A stretch of DNA of 63,917 nucleotides, filler included, from Octopus bimaculoides (Eukaryota), in NCBI RefSeq assembly GCF_001194135.2. It is 7 parts of 6 records of this genome, joined end to end, with 100 filler letters (N's around TTAATTAATTAA, not from the genome) between each part and the next. Parts side by side here need not be neighbours in the genome. Positions count along the whole stretch, not along the records: positions 21,414 to 39,096 come from NC_068995.1; positions 39,197 to 43,009 come from NC_068983.1; positions 43,110 to 51,191 come from NC_068989.1; 4 more parts are not named here. One strand, given 5' to 3'. The notes beneath the pieces are model-generated. The model was not told the DNA's origin and ran no database searches. It was given only the letters and a program-made list of their open reading frames with translations. The translations under genes were made by a program, and so were the position numbers. Below, piece by piece: positions 38,688-50,808 of this stretch. How positions within the stretch are numbered: position 1 is the first letter of the stretch; every line of letters begins with the position of its first letter.

Positions 38688-39273
38688 CAATGTAATGTTA
38701 TCTCCTTCTCTATAAGGCATACTAAAAGTGTGTAGACGTGTGTGTGTGTGAATGTCGGGCAGGATATTTCTAGAAGTCTGAGTTTAGTTTAGTTACCTTG
38801 TAACACTGACGATGGGGGCATGTGTATGCGTGTGTGTGTGTCTAAATATGTATGAGTGTGTCTGTGCTTGTATGTTTGAATGTGTGTGTGTGTGTCTGTG
38901 CGTGTGTATGTATATGTGTGTGTGTTTATGTCAGCACTTATGCATGTATGTGCTTGTTTGGGTGTCTATGTATGTGTATGCATGTACCTGTGTTTGTGAG
39001 TGTGTGTATATATATGTGCTTGTGTGTATGTGTGTGTAAAATGTATGATCATGTGTGTGTATGCATGTACTTGTTTAGGAGTATATATATAGATCANNNN
39101 NNNNNNNNNNNNNNNNNNNNNNNNNNNNNNNNNNNNNNNNTTAATTAATTAANNNNNNNNNNNNNNNNNNNNNNNNNNNNNNNNNNNNNNNNNNNNTGGT
39201 CAATATTCTCATTGAAGAAACTATAACAGTAAGTGACTCTCTTTTGCCTTTTTGTTTTTTGTTTTTTTCTTGT

Positions 39274-39498
39274 TCATAGGGTTACGCTCAAGATGGCTCC
39301 GTCGTTCACACGTGCCATCCTTGCTACATTCACCCATCTTTTTTTGAAGCATTCACTAGACAAGACTTCCCTTTCTACTCTCAACTTCCTCTTCAGGTGA
39401 TACTTGAAGAAGTTGATGAGAGATTGCCCAGAGAGGAAAGTCTTTGTCTCTAGACCTTTCAGACGCGTCCACCATACACATTCTTTCGCCATAGCCAC

Positions 39499-39499
<1 letters not shown>
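39274..39499 (-). mobile_element. C-terminal ORF2 fragment of an L1/Tx1-like LINE
   Basis: AMAKECVWWTRLKG..INFFKYHLKRKLRVEREVLSSECFKKRWVNVARM..L* fits the AK-x3-W-x2-R..F..L..R-x-E..F..W C-terminal pattern of Tx1-type ORF2. The 5' end abuts (GATA)n at 39500. Confidence 0.65.
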
Positions 39500-39554
<55 letters not shown>

Positions 39555-39613
39555 GGATGGATGGATGCAATATGTACATATATATATGTGTGTGTCATGG
39601 ATATAAAATATTT

Positions 39614-39644
<31 letters not shown>

Positions 39645-41366
39645 TTATATATATACAGTAATCCCTCAACTATTGCGGGTCTATTTTCTCAGGGTACACG
39701 AATAAGCAAATAGGAAAGACCATCATACAACCTGTGTATTTCACTTATTCTCTTGATGATACTGTTTCCAAGTTTTAAAATTATATCCTTTTTACCGTGT
39801 TCCCGTTGTTGCTTTATTGAATCGTTGACGGTGTTGACTTTGAGAACATTTACTCGCATCAATAACTACTTTGAAGTTCACGGTACGAACAATTTCAAGT
39901 ACATCTTAAAACGTTTTACATGTTTGTTTCTGCCGCAGAAAATCTTTTACGTGCACAATATGATTCAAATTTGGTACCCTTCATGTAACTTCAAAAGTTT
40001 TTTTTGTTTTGTTTTGTTTGTGCATATGTGCAACATAAGAAAATTACAAGAATTGTAGTCTTGTTTACTTTGGGGTGGAAATATAGCCTTGCATTTTGAT
40101 GTTACTTCCAAAAGATGTCTTCTAAGATGTCTTCTAAAGTTATTGATTTTGATCATCTTCAGGAAACGTGTGAAAGTAGCTTTTACAGTACCTCTCTATG
40201 CTAAACCGATAGAGCTACGTTAACTGTTCTATGGGAACCACACGCTGATGGTACTTCATCATTCCACCTCTTTACTCCACAATATTAGCGCACCTCTGAC
40301 ATCTAACCAATTGTTAGTGCAATAATAGAATAGTCCATGCTGCTCTTCGGCTTTTGTCCGCAATGTACGAATTTTTGCTAATATTTTCCCAGTAAATACT
40401 TGTTGCTAATTCATGACGGCATCAGTACTAATGCGTCTTGTTTCTCAATTTCCGACTGCATGCTTCTTGCTTGTATGTATGTACATACATACACACATGT
40501 AGGTAAACATACATACATACATGCATATATAGATGTAAACAGAATAAAAGAGTGTATGCCTGTGTATGTGTGGGCAGGGGAGAGAGTGTATCAGAGAGAG
40601 AGAGAGAGAGAGATGTGTGGTAAAAATACAGAACTCAACTTCCTAGTAGAGTCACAAATGCTGTCGATTGGAACTGATTTGAACGTAGCTCATTCCAGAG
40701 ACACATTAAAGTTAAATGTCAGTGAAGTGATCATAGCTGTGACGAACAGTTTTTTTATATGCAATAATATTTTAGGAATATGTTATATGGTTATAGTGTA
40801 ACCATCAAGTTTAGCAAAAAAGAAAATAATTTTAAAACACATAGTTAATTAATAGAGCGGGACCTCAGTAAAATATTGTTAATTATACAATGTTAATTAG
40901 ACAATGGCGCATTTAGTTCATACGACTCTAACTGTCCAGTCGGCTACAGAACAGTCTCAGACATAACTTCACTGTAGTACAGCTTAATTTGATGTTTAAT
41001 GTTATCACGCCAGTGGTTAGGTTTGAACAGCGGTTTGAGAGCAATTTTAGCAAACGCTGAAATTTGTAGACCACACAACAAACGGTTTAGAATGTAGAGT
41101 GCAACGTGTAAGCGGTTTACTCTACTTTAACGAGAGTCTGTAACGTAAACAAAAAATTAAATGCAATAGAGCATCTGTCTTTTTAATGGCTAGTATGTCT
41201 TTCTTTGCAACGATGCAAATATTTTACTCTCAACATATGATGTGAGAACAAAGCAGTTGTGAAACAAATGTAACTCAAGAATAAACTTTGAAACAAAAAA
41301 AAATTGAGAAAGAAAAAAGAAAATATAAATGTACAAGTTATATAATTTCATTATAAGCAAGGAATG

Positions 41367-41438
<72 letters not shown>

Positions 41439-41574
41439 CACACACATATATATATATATTTATATATAGACGCTTCTATACTCACAATGCATGTAAATAC
41501 ATATTACATGTAACCAACCACACACACGTGTATGCTTATATATGTGTAAATGCATATACGTGTGTATGTATGTC

Positions 41575-41649
<75 letters not shown>

Positions 41650-41873
41650 GGGATGTGAAGGGTTATACGCCACTTTAATTATGGAACACCCAACGTGGAT
41701 TATTTGCATAGCTATTTAATTTATTGGGGATTAACTTGATTTGGAACCGGTATGATTTCCTCTAATATATTTAACTATTATTAATTTATTATAAGTATGC
41801 AGTAAATATATGTGTAATATATGTACAGATAGATAGATATATAGATAGACCGACAGACAGACAGACAGACAGT

Positions 41874-41958
<85 letters not shown>

Positions 41959-42490
41959 TAAGGACTGACAAAAGAACAAGAGTTACGTAGTAACCATTAT
42001 TAACTTGTTTCTGTAATAAGAAGTAATGCACTCTGAGTTGAGTGTTTGTCTAACATCCTATAGCTTCCTCAGAGCCATTAAGATGAATAAGGTCTGAGTG
42101 CACAGTTTCTTGTAGCGGACACTGTAATTTAAGGAATATAATTATGTAACTACAGGTGGCGACGCGTTGCTTAGAGGTTAGGGAGTTGAACTCGTGATCG
42201 TACGGTTTTTGTTTCGATTCTTGGACAGGGCGATACGATGTGTTCTTGACCAATCCACTGAGCAGGCAAAAATGAGGAATCCTGCATCGGAGCGGTGTTC
42301 CGTCCAAAGGGGAATAAATACTCACAGAAACCGAGAAACTGGCCTTATGAGTCTATATGATTCGGAAAGGAACTTTATCGTTTGTCTATTACGTAACTCC
42401 TGTTCTTTTGTCAATCACTAATCAGTATTACGTATATCAAGTTCTAACAACTCGTTTGAAGTGTCAATATGTGTAAAAATACACAAGCAC

Positions 42491-42580
<90 letters not shown>

Positions 42581-43109
42581 CAAAGTGGGACAAGAACGCA
42601 AAACATCCAGACAGACGATACAAAAGAAGGACGGGTCATTCGGAGTTTTCTATCTTCAGTCGAGTTCCAGATTATCCTTGCAATTTCGGCTGGTTATACT
42701 CGATATTGCTCCAATCTGGCCAGCCCCAAGGAAAAACTAAGCTAAGAGCACTAGATTCCTTGGAAGAAAGCAGCGAATGTATACGAAAACAAGGACGGGG
42801 AAAAAACAGAGAAATGTTACACAAATACAAATGCAATTAACAAGACATAGCAACAGGTGTCTTTCGACTAAGTATGAATTAAATTAAGCTGACGTGTGTG
42901 AAAGTAAAGCCTTACGGCAGGGACATATGGTTTAACAGTAACAGGGAGGAATATAGATGCTGCACGGATGGTAGTCGAACCAAGAAAGAAAGGTCAGGCC
43001 TGGACGAATNNNNNNNNNNNNNNNNNNNNNNNNNNNNNNNNNNNNNNNNNNNNTTAATTAATTAANNNNNNNNNNNNNNNNNNNNNNNNNNNNNNNNNNN
43101 NNNNNNNNN

Positions 43110-43145
<36 letters not shown>

Positions 43146-45289
43146 CGTGTGTGTGTGTGTTTGTGTGTGTGTGTGTATATATATAATGTATAAAAGATCG
43201 TGTGTAAGGCCGAAACAGTGCGAAGTAAATGCAAAGTAAATATCAAGAAAACAAAAATGTGAATTAATGTAGATTTACCGTGTTTTCAATATTTCGGAGG
43301 TTATGACCTCATTTTCAAAAAAAATTGATGGATGTTACCAATGTGCGTGTGTGTGAGCGTGTTTTCAAAAAAGAAAAGAAAAATTACACTGGGCATTTTT
43401 CGGACTGACCAACTACACACGCACGCGCGTACGTGCGCATACGCATGCACACACATGCACACACACATACACTCACACATATCTATATTTACAAAAATGA
43501 TATGTACAATTATGATAATGACTCCTTACCTTGATGCTGTTAGGATTAGAATTCAGAATGTAAGCATGATAATCCTTCGTACTGATATGTATTTCAGTTT
43601 GGCACGCAACTGTTTCCCCTCTCTGCTTTCTCCGACCCATACCTTATTAACATATAAATCATAATGATAATCTCTGAATAAAAGGCTACACAATCTTCTA
43701 TATCATGTCCTATGGTAATAATGTCTCCGCCAAAAAAAAAATAGAAATAATGTAAACATAAAATAAACAAAACCAAACGATCAAATATAATGAATATGAA
43801 AATTGATAGAAACTGTTTTGTTGAAATCTCCTGAGATTAAATGTCGCATTATTGCTAATGATGGTTTATTAGATTGACAAACCGATAAATTTGGTTCAGA
43901 TTCGGAAAGAGTGCAGACTCAATGCGTTGCTAATGTTATTCCGGAATCTGAAAGATCATACCTATGAGGAAAGAACATTCAGACCGTAACGATCTAGTAA
44001 TTTTAGATCATGTAAGTAACATTATCCAATGTGTCTCTTCCTTATCTTCAGTAAAAAGGGTCTGTTGGGAGTGCAGAGAACAAAGGTTCCCAACTGGAGT
44101 TCCATATGATGTTCAATTTTTTTAATGTACACAGTTTAAAATGTATGATTAAATCAGTTACTTGTAATTATTCAGTTATCTCTATCTATGTAATATACTC
44201 TTTTTATACTAAAAGCAGAAGTGTGGGGTACGGAAGTGTATGGCTTCCATCTGTAGCTGGTCGAGAGACGGCACAGGTTCTCCGCTGGATTGGTGACGTC
44301 AGTCCTGTCTGAAGATGTACTACAAACATATCCTTTCATAACTGTTTTTAATTTAGACCCAGGATCAGCAAATTTAAGGAGGAAGTGGATAATTGATTCT
44401 TTTGATCGAGTACTTGGCTGGTGCAGGAAGATCCATAATTACACTTACAAAAATGAGTATTTGCGATATTTGGTTGGTTGGCACTCCGTCGGTTACGACG
44501 TCGAGGGTTCCATTTGATCCGATCAACGGAACAGCCTGCTCGTGAAATTAACGTGCAAGTGGCTGAGCACTCCACAGACACGTGTACCTTTAACGTAGTT
44601 CTCGGGGAGATTCAGCGTGACACAGAGTGTGACAAGGCTGATCCTTTGAATTACAGGCACAACAGAAACAGGAAGTAAGAGTGAGAGAAAGTTGTGGTGA
44701 AAGAGTACAGCAGGGTTCACCACCATCCCCTGCCGGAGCCTGGTGGAGCTTTAGGTGTTTTCGCATAATAAACACTCACAATGCCCGGTCTGGGAATCGA
44801 AACAGCGAGGTTAAAGATTACCAAAATTGCTTCTTAAGTGATCAAAACCAATTTGCAAACTCAGATCGATGGAATTATACTTTTCAGTTCATTGTCGTTT
44901 GGAAATTATATTGAAATCTTATACTTGTATATGGACTGCCTATAATAGTTTCACATTTTGACACCAGGATAACAATTTTTGGATGGAGACAAGTCGATTA
45001 TATCGACCCAGTGTACAACTGCTAGTTATTTTCATCGACCCCGAAAGAATGAAAGGCAAAGTCAACCTCGGCGGAATTTGAACTCAGAATGTGAGACGGA
45101 CGAAATACTGCTAAGCATTTTTCCCGGCGTGCTAACGATTCTGCCATCTCGACACCTTACTAACGGTTAATAATGACAATACATATACCAAGTTACACTG
45201 TATTTATTTGCAAGGTGCTACTTGGGCGAAATACATTGTATTAGAGGCATAGTCGTACTAACGGATCTCCGTATTTTACTATTATATTC

Positions 45290-46140
45290 TTTTCTACTCT
45301 AGGCACAAGGCCCAAAATTTTGGGGGAGGGTGGGCCAGTCGATTAGATCGACCCCAGTGCGCAACTGGTACATAATTTATCGACCCTGAAAGAATGAAAG
45401 GCAAAGTCGACCTCGGTGGAATTTGAACGTAATGACAGACGAAATACCCAATTCTTAGATATGGATGGGTGCGCGAGGCAGCGGGAACAGCAACACCATT
45501 GATAGTGTGTGAGTGTAGGGACGCCTAACCTGGACAGATCGGCCGAAAGTGTCAGCGATCCACCAAAGCACACACTCCATGACAGTAAGCATTTCGGCCG
45601 GCGTGCTAACGTTTCTGCCAGCTCGCCTCCTTAAAGTTATATTCTTTTCTACTCTAGGCACAAGGCCTGAAATTTTGTGGGAGGAGACCAGTCGATTAGA
45701 TCGACTCCAGTACGCATCTGGTACTTAATTTATTGACCCCGAAAGGATGAAAGGCAAAGTCGATGTCGGCGGAATTTGAACTCAGAGCATAAAGACAGAC
45801 AAAATACCTATTTCTTTACTGCCCACAAGGGGCTACACACAGAGGGGACAAACAAGGACAGACAAACGGATTAAGTCGATTATATCGACCCCAGTGCGTA
45901 ACTGGTACTTAATTTATCGACCCCGAAAGGATGAAAGGCAAAGTCGATCTCGGCGGAATTTGAACTCAGAACATAAAGACAGACAAAATACCGCTAAGCA
46001 TTTCGCCCGGCGTGCTAACGTTTCTTATTTCTTTATTGCCAACAAGGGGCTAAACATAGAGGGGACAAACAAGGACAGTCACAGAGATTCAGTCGATTAC
46101 AATGACCCAAGTGCGTAACTGGTATTTAATTTGTCTATGT
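45290..46140 (-). mobile_element. Array of at least four head-to-tail SINE family B copies
   Basis: Repeated TCGACCCCAGTGCGTAACTGGTACTTAATTTATCGACCCCGAAAGGATGAAAGGCAAAGTCG blocks at about 45345, 45700, 45885 and 46100. Confidence 0.85.
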
Positions 46141-47987
46141 GAAAATTCTAAAGAAGACGTCGTAAAAAAAAACCCTCCCCATAAAAAAATATTTCAAAGC
46201 TATTTTTCCAAAGCTTTAAAGATTCTACATGCGGGTTACCTCATCACTTGCTTTGATAAATTGCTACGTTACTATTGTTGCTGTTGTCGTTGTTGATTAG
46301 ATATTTTGTCAGTTCTGATCTAGCAAACGTATAATCAAAGATGATCCATCTGTGTTCGTCCCGTGTATTCACGGTTTTGTGGGGTTCGTATTCGTTTATG
46401 TGCCTTTTGTTTAAAACGATAATCTGTGACTTTGGTGATATTTTGCTATTTGTAGTTAGTGGTGTGATCTCATTCAAACTATCTTCTTTATGTACATAAA
46501 ATTGAGTCCCGACCCATAGAGAAACAACTAGTACTGTTTGACAATACGTTCAGTTCAAGTATTTAAAGAAGTACGATCAATCGCGTGAGAAATAAGGGTA
46601 GCTGTCTTTTGGCAGAGTTATTAAAGCCATAATTAGAATGTCTTGTATTTCTACGCTTGTTGGGGCTCAGTTCAAATCCGTCCGAAGCCAACGCCATCTT
46701 TTGTCTTTCCAGGATCTATAGGTTCTATAATTACCACCTAGTATTGCGGTCGGTTCTTCTTCCTGCCATTCCCACTTTTTCTCTCTGCATCTCCATCCGG
46801 ACCGGCTACATTGAGTCGTAAGAGGCGACCACTAACAGGGTCCCTTTCTCAAGAAAATTACGTTGTGTGTGGTTTTCCACGACGTCTTTAGAATTTTCTC
46901 ATAGACATTTAGAGCAAAGGACAATCAAACTCTTCTAACAGAAAAGCCGCTACACTACTGAAACAACTAGAGAACGGAACAGCTTAGAAAGTAATCCATT
47001 TTAAACAAGGATAAGAAAGAATGAGAACAAATCTCAATTCTGGTAGGAATTCAGCACAGAAAATGCAGGAATTAAATTATACAATAATTCCATAGTCAAA
47101 TTAGCAGAGTTATTCGAAAGTTGGGTACAATAGCTCACAGTGTATTCTCTATCTCTCTGTGCTATAAATTCAAATACCGTCGACGCAATTTTGCCTTACA
47201 TGGAGCTCTGAAGAAAAAAAGTCCAGGATGGTGTTTTGGGCGAAATTGTTACACCTGTTATGGCTCTTTGCCTTCTGACAGCAACGTCAATGACGGCAGT
47301 GGTGCCAGGCTGCATGAATCGGGATCCGAAGGTAGTGGCCTTTCATCTGAGTTATATCAGTAGCGTGATGATGGCGCAAGTTATGCATGCCTGAGCAACT
47401 ACCGGTCTCTTCCTAAAAAAGACCTTGCTCAGGCTTACGCACACATAGAGCAACAAGGTCAACCCTAAACGACGGAGGTCTATAAATGATGCCTTACTTT
47501 TAACAAGTGGCTATAAACTTATGAGTGGAAGAGTTTGATCTTTGAATCGAAGCTTGGCGCTATTTTATTTAATCAAAAGTGATGAAAGATAAAGTTGTTA
47601 ACAATTTGATACGAGACGTCACAAGTCGAGACACAATGCTGTAATGCATATTATCAGATGTGCTAGTATTTATGATGCTTCTCTACATGAAGATATTAAT
47701 TACTATTGGTGATTTGGAGTTGTAGCTTTATTCAAACGCATACGACTTGCATATTTATAAATATCTTAACGATGGCATATATGTATTGCCGCTGTGCAAA
47801 GTAAAATGATGACATTTCCAATTTTTATAGTCTTTCATCGCGAACGTATACATTTGAAAATTGTAAATAATTTATACGTACAATAACATAGCTGATGGTA
47901 GACTTTCACTTTCACTTTCTCTTTGTCTGTTTATCTGTCAATCTATCTGTCTATTTATGTAATATGTGTGTGTGTATAAATATATAA

Positions 47988-48023
<36 letters not shown>

Positions 48024-48123
48024 NNNNNNNNNNNNNNNNNNNNNNNNNNNNNNNNNATATATATAAGTTTATATATAAGAATTTAAGGAATGGAGAAAAC
48101 ACATGTTATAATTGCATACTTTA

Positions 48124-48207
48124 TTCCTACATATGTTTCAAAGGATTACAACCTGTGTGATCCATAGGGATCTTTGATATTAAAATTGTAACCTTTTCAT
48201 CAGGGAA
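48124..48207 (-). ncRNA. Minimal type-I hammerhead ribozyme motif, canonical core
   Basis: UUCC-CUGAUGA-[AAAGGUUACAA..UUGUAAUCCUUU]-GAAA-CAUAU-GUA-GGAA: stem I UUCC/GGAA, 11-bp stem II with one bulge, palindromic stem III ACAUAUGU, GUA cleavage triplet. Confidence 0.75.
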
Positions 48208-48640
48208 AGCATGGGAATCATCCTCATATATATGTATATATTTCTAATAACTTTATTGACAGTGACTACGAAGTTTTTCAATAGTTTATTTCTTCAGATT
48301 ACGGAAGCGAAAAATAATCTGCTTGCCTTTATGAGTATGTGTGTTTCATATTGGTTAGAAGACAATTCTGGTAGTGAAATATACGAATTAGATTTTCTAA
48401 AGACTGACAATATCTTAAGTAGATATGTATATAGACAACTGCAAAAATGTAAAAGTGGGAGATAGAGGAGCGTACTCACACTCATATTTATCTGAGATGC
48501 TTATAATGCATAAGCATGGGCAAAGTGTAAAATCTGTGGCATATATAATGGATATATAGTGGACTTAGTAGACGGAAACTGAAAGAAGCCCGTCGTATAT
48601 ATATTTATGTATATATATATATATATNNNNNNNNNNNNNN

Positions 48641-48687
<47 letters not shown>

Positions 48688-49994
48688 GTATGTCTGTCCC
48701 CCCACCATCGCTTGACAACCGATGCTGGTGTGTTTACGTTCCCGTAGCTTAGTGGTTCGGCAAAAGAGAACAATAGAATAAGTACTAGGCTTACGAAGAA
48801 TGAGTACTGGGATCGATTTGTTCGAAAAAGGTGGTGCTCCAGCATAGCCGCAATCAAATGACTGAAACAAATAAAAGATTAAAAGAATATATATCATTCT
48901 ATGTATCTATCTGCCTATCTGTCTGTATTATGAAAAAAAAAAAAAAAAAAAATTACCATTAAAATCCACCCCATGTATTAATTTCGTCTTTATGAAGTCT
49001 TCAGCACGTAGAAATCGATAACTAATGCTGGGCAGGAAAATATTTATTATTTAAATTTTCCAAACATTCTCTAGCTCGAAGGAGATGGAAAAAACAAATG
49101 AAGAAACAATATTCCCAATCATAAGGATCTTAACCCTTCGTTAGTTGTCATGCCAAGTCTTTTAAACGCTCGTAATTTCTAGTTGGTAACTTATTTTTTT
49201 TGCTCCCTTCCTCTACACTTCTGACTCGGTGAGGATGTGTTGAAGGTGGTGTGGGGCAGTCGTGGCTCAGTTATTGTGAGAGGCAGACATCATGTGACAA
49301 CGCAGTTCAAATTTTGATTTAATGCATATTGTAACGGAGATTACCTGTTCTGTTATTAAAAAAAAAAATGTTACTATTCATAGATATTAGAAAATTCCAC
49401 AAAATAGTGTATTTTGTGGGTATTTTCGAAATAAATATGATCTGAATCTAAATTTTTTTTTTTTTAGCTTTTCCTTAATTTTATAATTCATTTTATTGTA
49501 TTGTTTTATTTTAATATCAATCACCTACAAGGGTTCCAAACTTCTCAGCAGTGATTGCAGACATATCCTGAACCAACAGAATGACTATGTTTTACATAAT
49601 ACTAAAGCTATAAACATCTTTTGTACTAGGGTGTGACTAACCATGCTTGGAAAGGTCAGGTGGCTAAAAAAAAAAAACGCTACTAAAGATACTAGAATCT
49701 TACATTCACAACTGACGCTGGGAATAAATGAATGTATTATACTACATCAACATCGTAATTGTGCAACCTTAGATTGTATAACACACAGACAGACATACAC
49801 AAATCTACATATGTATGCACTCACATGTATATGCATGTATATAAGCATATACATACATACATACATATGGACACACATATAAATATATATATATATGTAA
49901 TTCACCGTCACTAAACAGTGACGAAGGGTGTAGGGAGCACCAGCATTGTTAGAAATGAGAGACAAAGAACTCTTTAAAATTGTGTCCAGCCATC

Positions 49995-50052
<58 letters not shown>

Positions 50053-50771
50053 GTGTGTGTGTGTGTGTAGATAATTGTTAAACAGGACAGTAAATATTAA
50101 GGCAAGGCAAACATCTCAAGTCGTATACAATATTATTATAGAAAGAAATTCAAAATCTTACATCGGTTTCTGGGATATCTCCGAGTACGGGATAATCCGT
50201 CGTCAGGGAGAAAATAGGGAAAATGAGAAAAGTATATATTAGTAAGAGGACGACATACAGGAAGGGAGTAAAAGAATAAGGAGATGGAAAGAAAGAAGCA
50301 AAAAGAAGCATAGAAGTTCATAGTTCAACTTGCCGAAGTTGTAGAAACCAGGTCATGTATGTATGTATGTATGTATGTATGTATGTATGTATGTATGCAT
50401 GTATGTATGTATTTATGTATGTATGTATTTATGTATGTATTTATGTATGCACGCACACAAACATATATAAGACACTTGTGCACAATTGACTTTAATGAGA
50501 AGTAGTTATATGCAACACAACGGAAGAATAGGGGAGTTAGTGATTCTTTAAAACATGGAATGAAAAACATATAAAATCTTCTATGAAAAATCTATAAAAA
50601 TCTTTCTATGAAATCTTCAACAGGGCAGAAATCGATAAGGGGAGTTAGCAAACAAGTTAGAACTACTATGATATATATTTGGGAGAATGTACGAAAAAAC
50701 AACAACAGACGAAGACAGGTGGTGTAAATAACAAAAGGATGTATTAGTATGACGCTCGAGAATACGGAAAG

Positions 50772-50808
50772 TTTTTGACGTTTCGAGTTACGCTCTTCAA
50801 CAGAAAGA
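50772..50808 (-). ncRNA. Ultra-minimal hammerhead-like motif with CUGUUGA (A6U) core
   Basis: UCUUU-CUGUUGA-A-[GAG cguaa CUC]-GAAAC-GUC-AAAAA: palindromic ACGU in place of helix III, GUC triplet, stem I with one mismatch. Confidence 0.4.

Noticed and set aside
39656-40400. Tigger/pogo-like terminus CAGTAATCCCTC and Cys-containing minus-strand peptides (VRCQRCANIVE)
   Set aside because: Probably a degraded DNA transposon, but multiple stops, no second terminus and no family-diagnostic motif could be established.
42630-42665. CUGAAGA..GAAU hammerhead-like string in a Penelope-type end (minus)
   Set aside because: GAAA is replaced by GAAU, and stems I and II do not form.
45290-46140. Regularly repeated blocks superficially like a CRISPR array
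   Set aside because: The repeats are long SINE copies with no unique spacers, in a eukaryotic context with no cas genes.
47121-47363. 80-aa ORF in GC-richer unique sequence
   Set aside because: No recognisable domain, TTG start, and no convincing splice sites on either strand.
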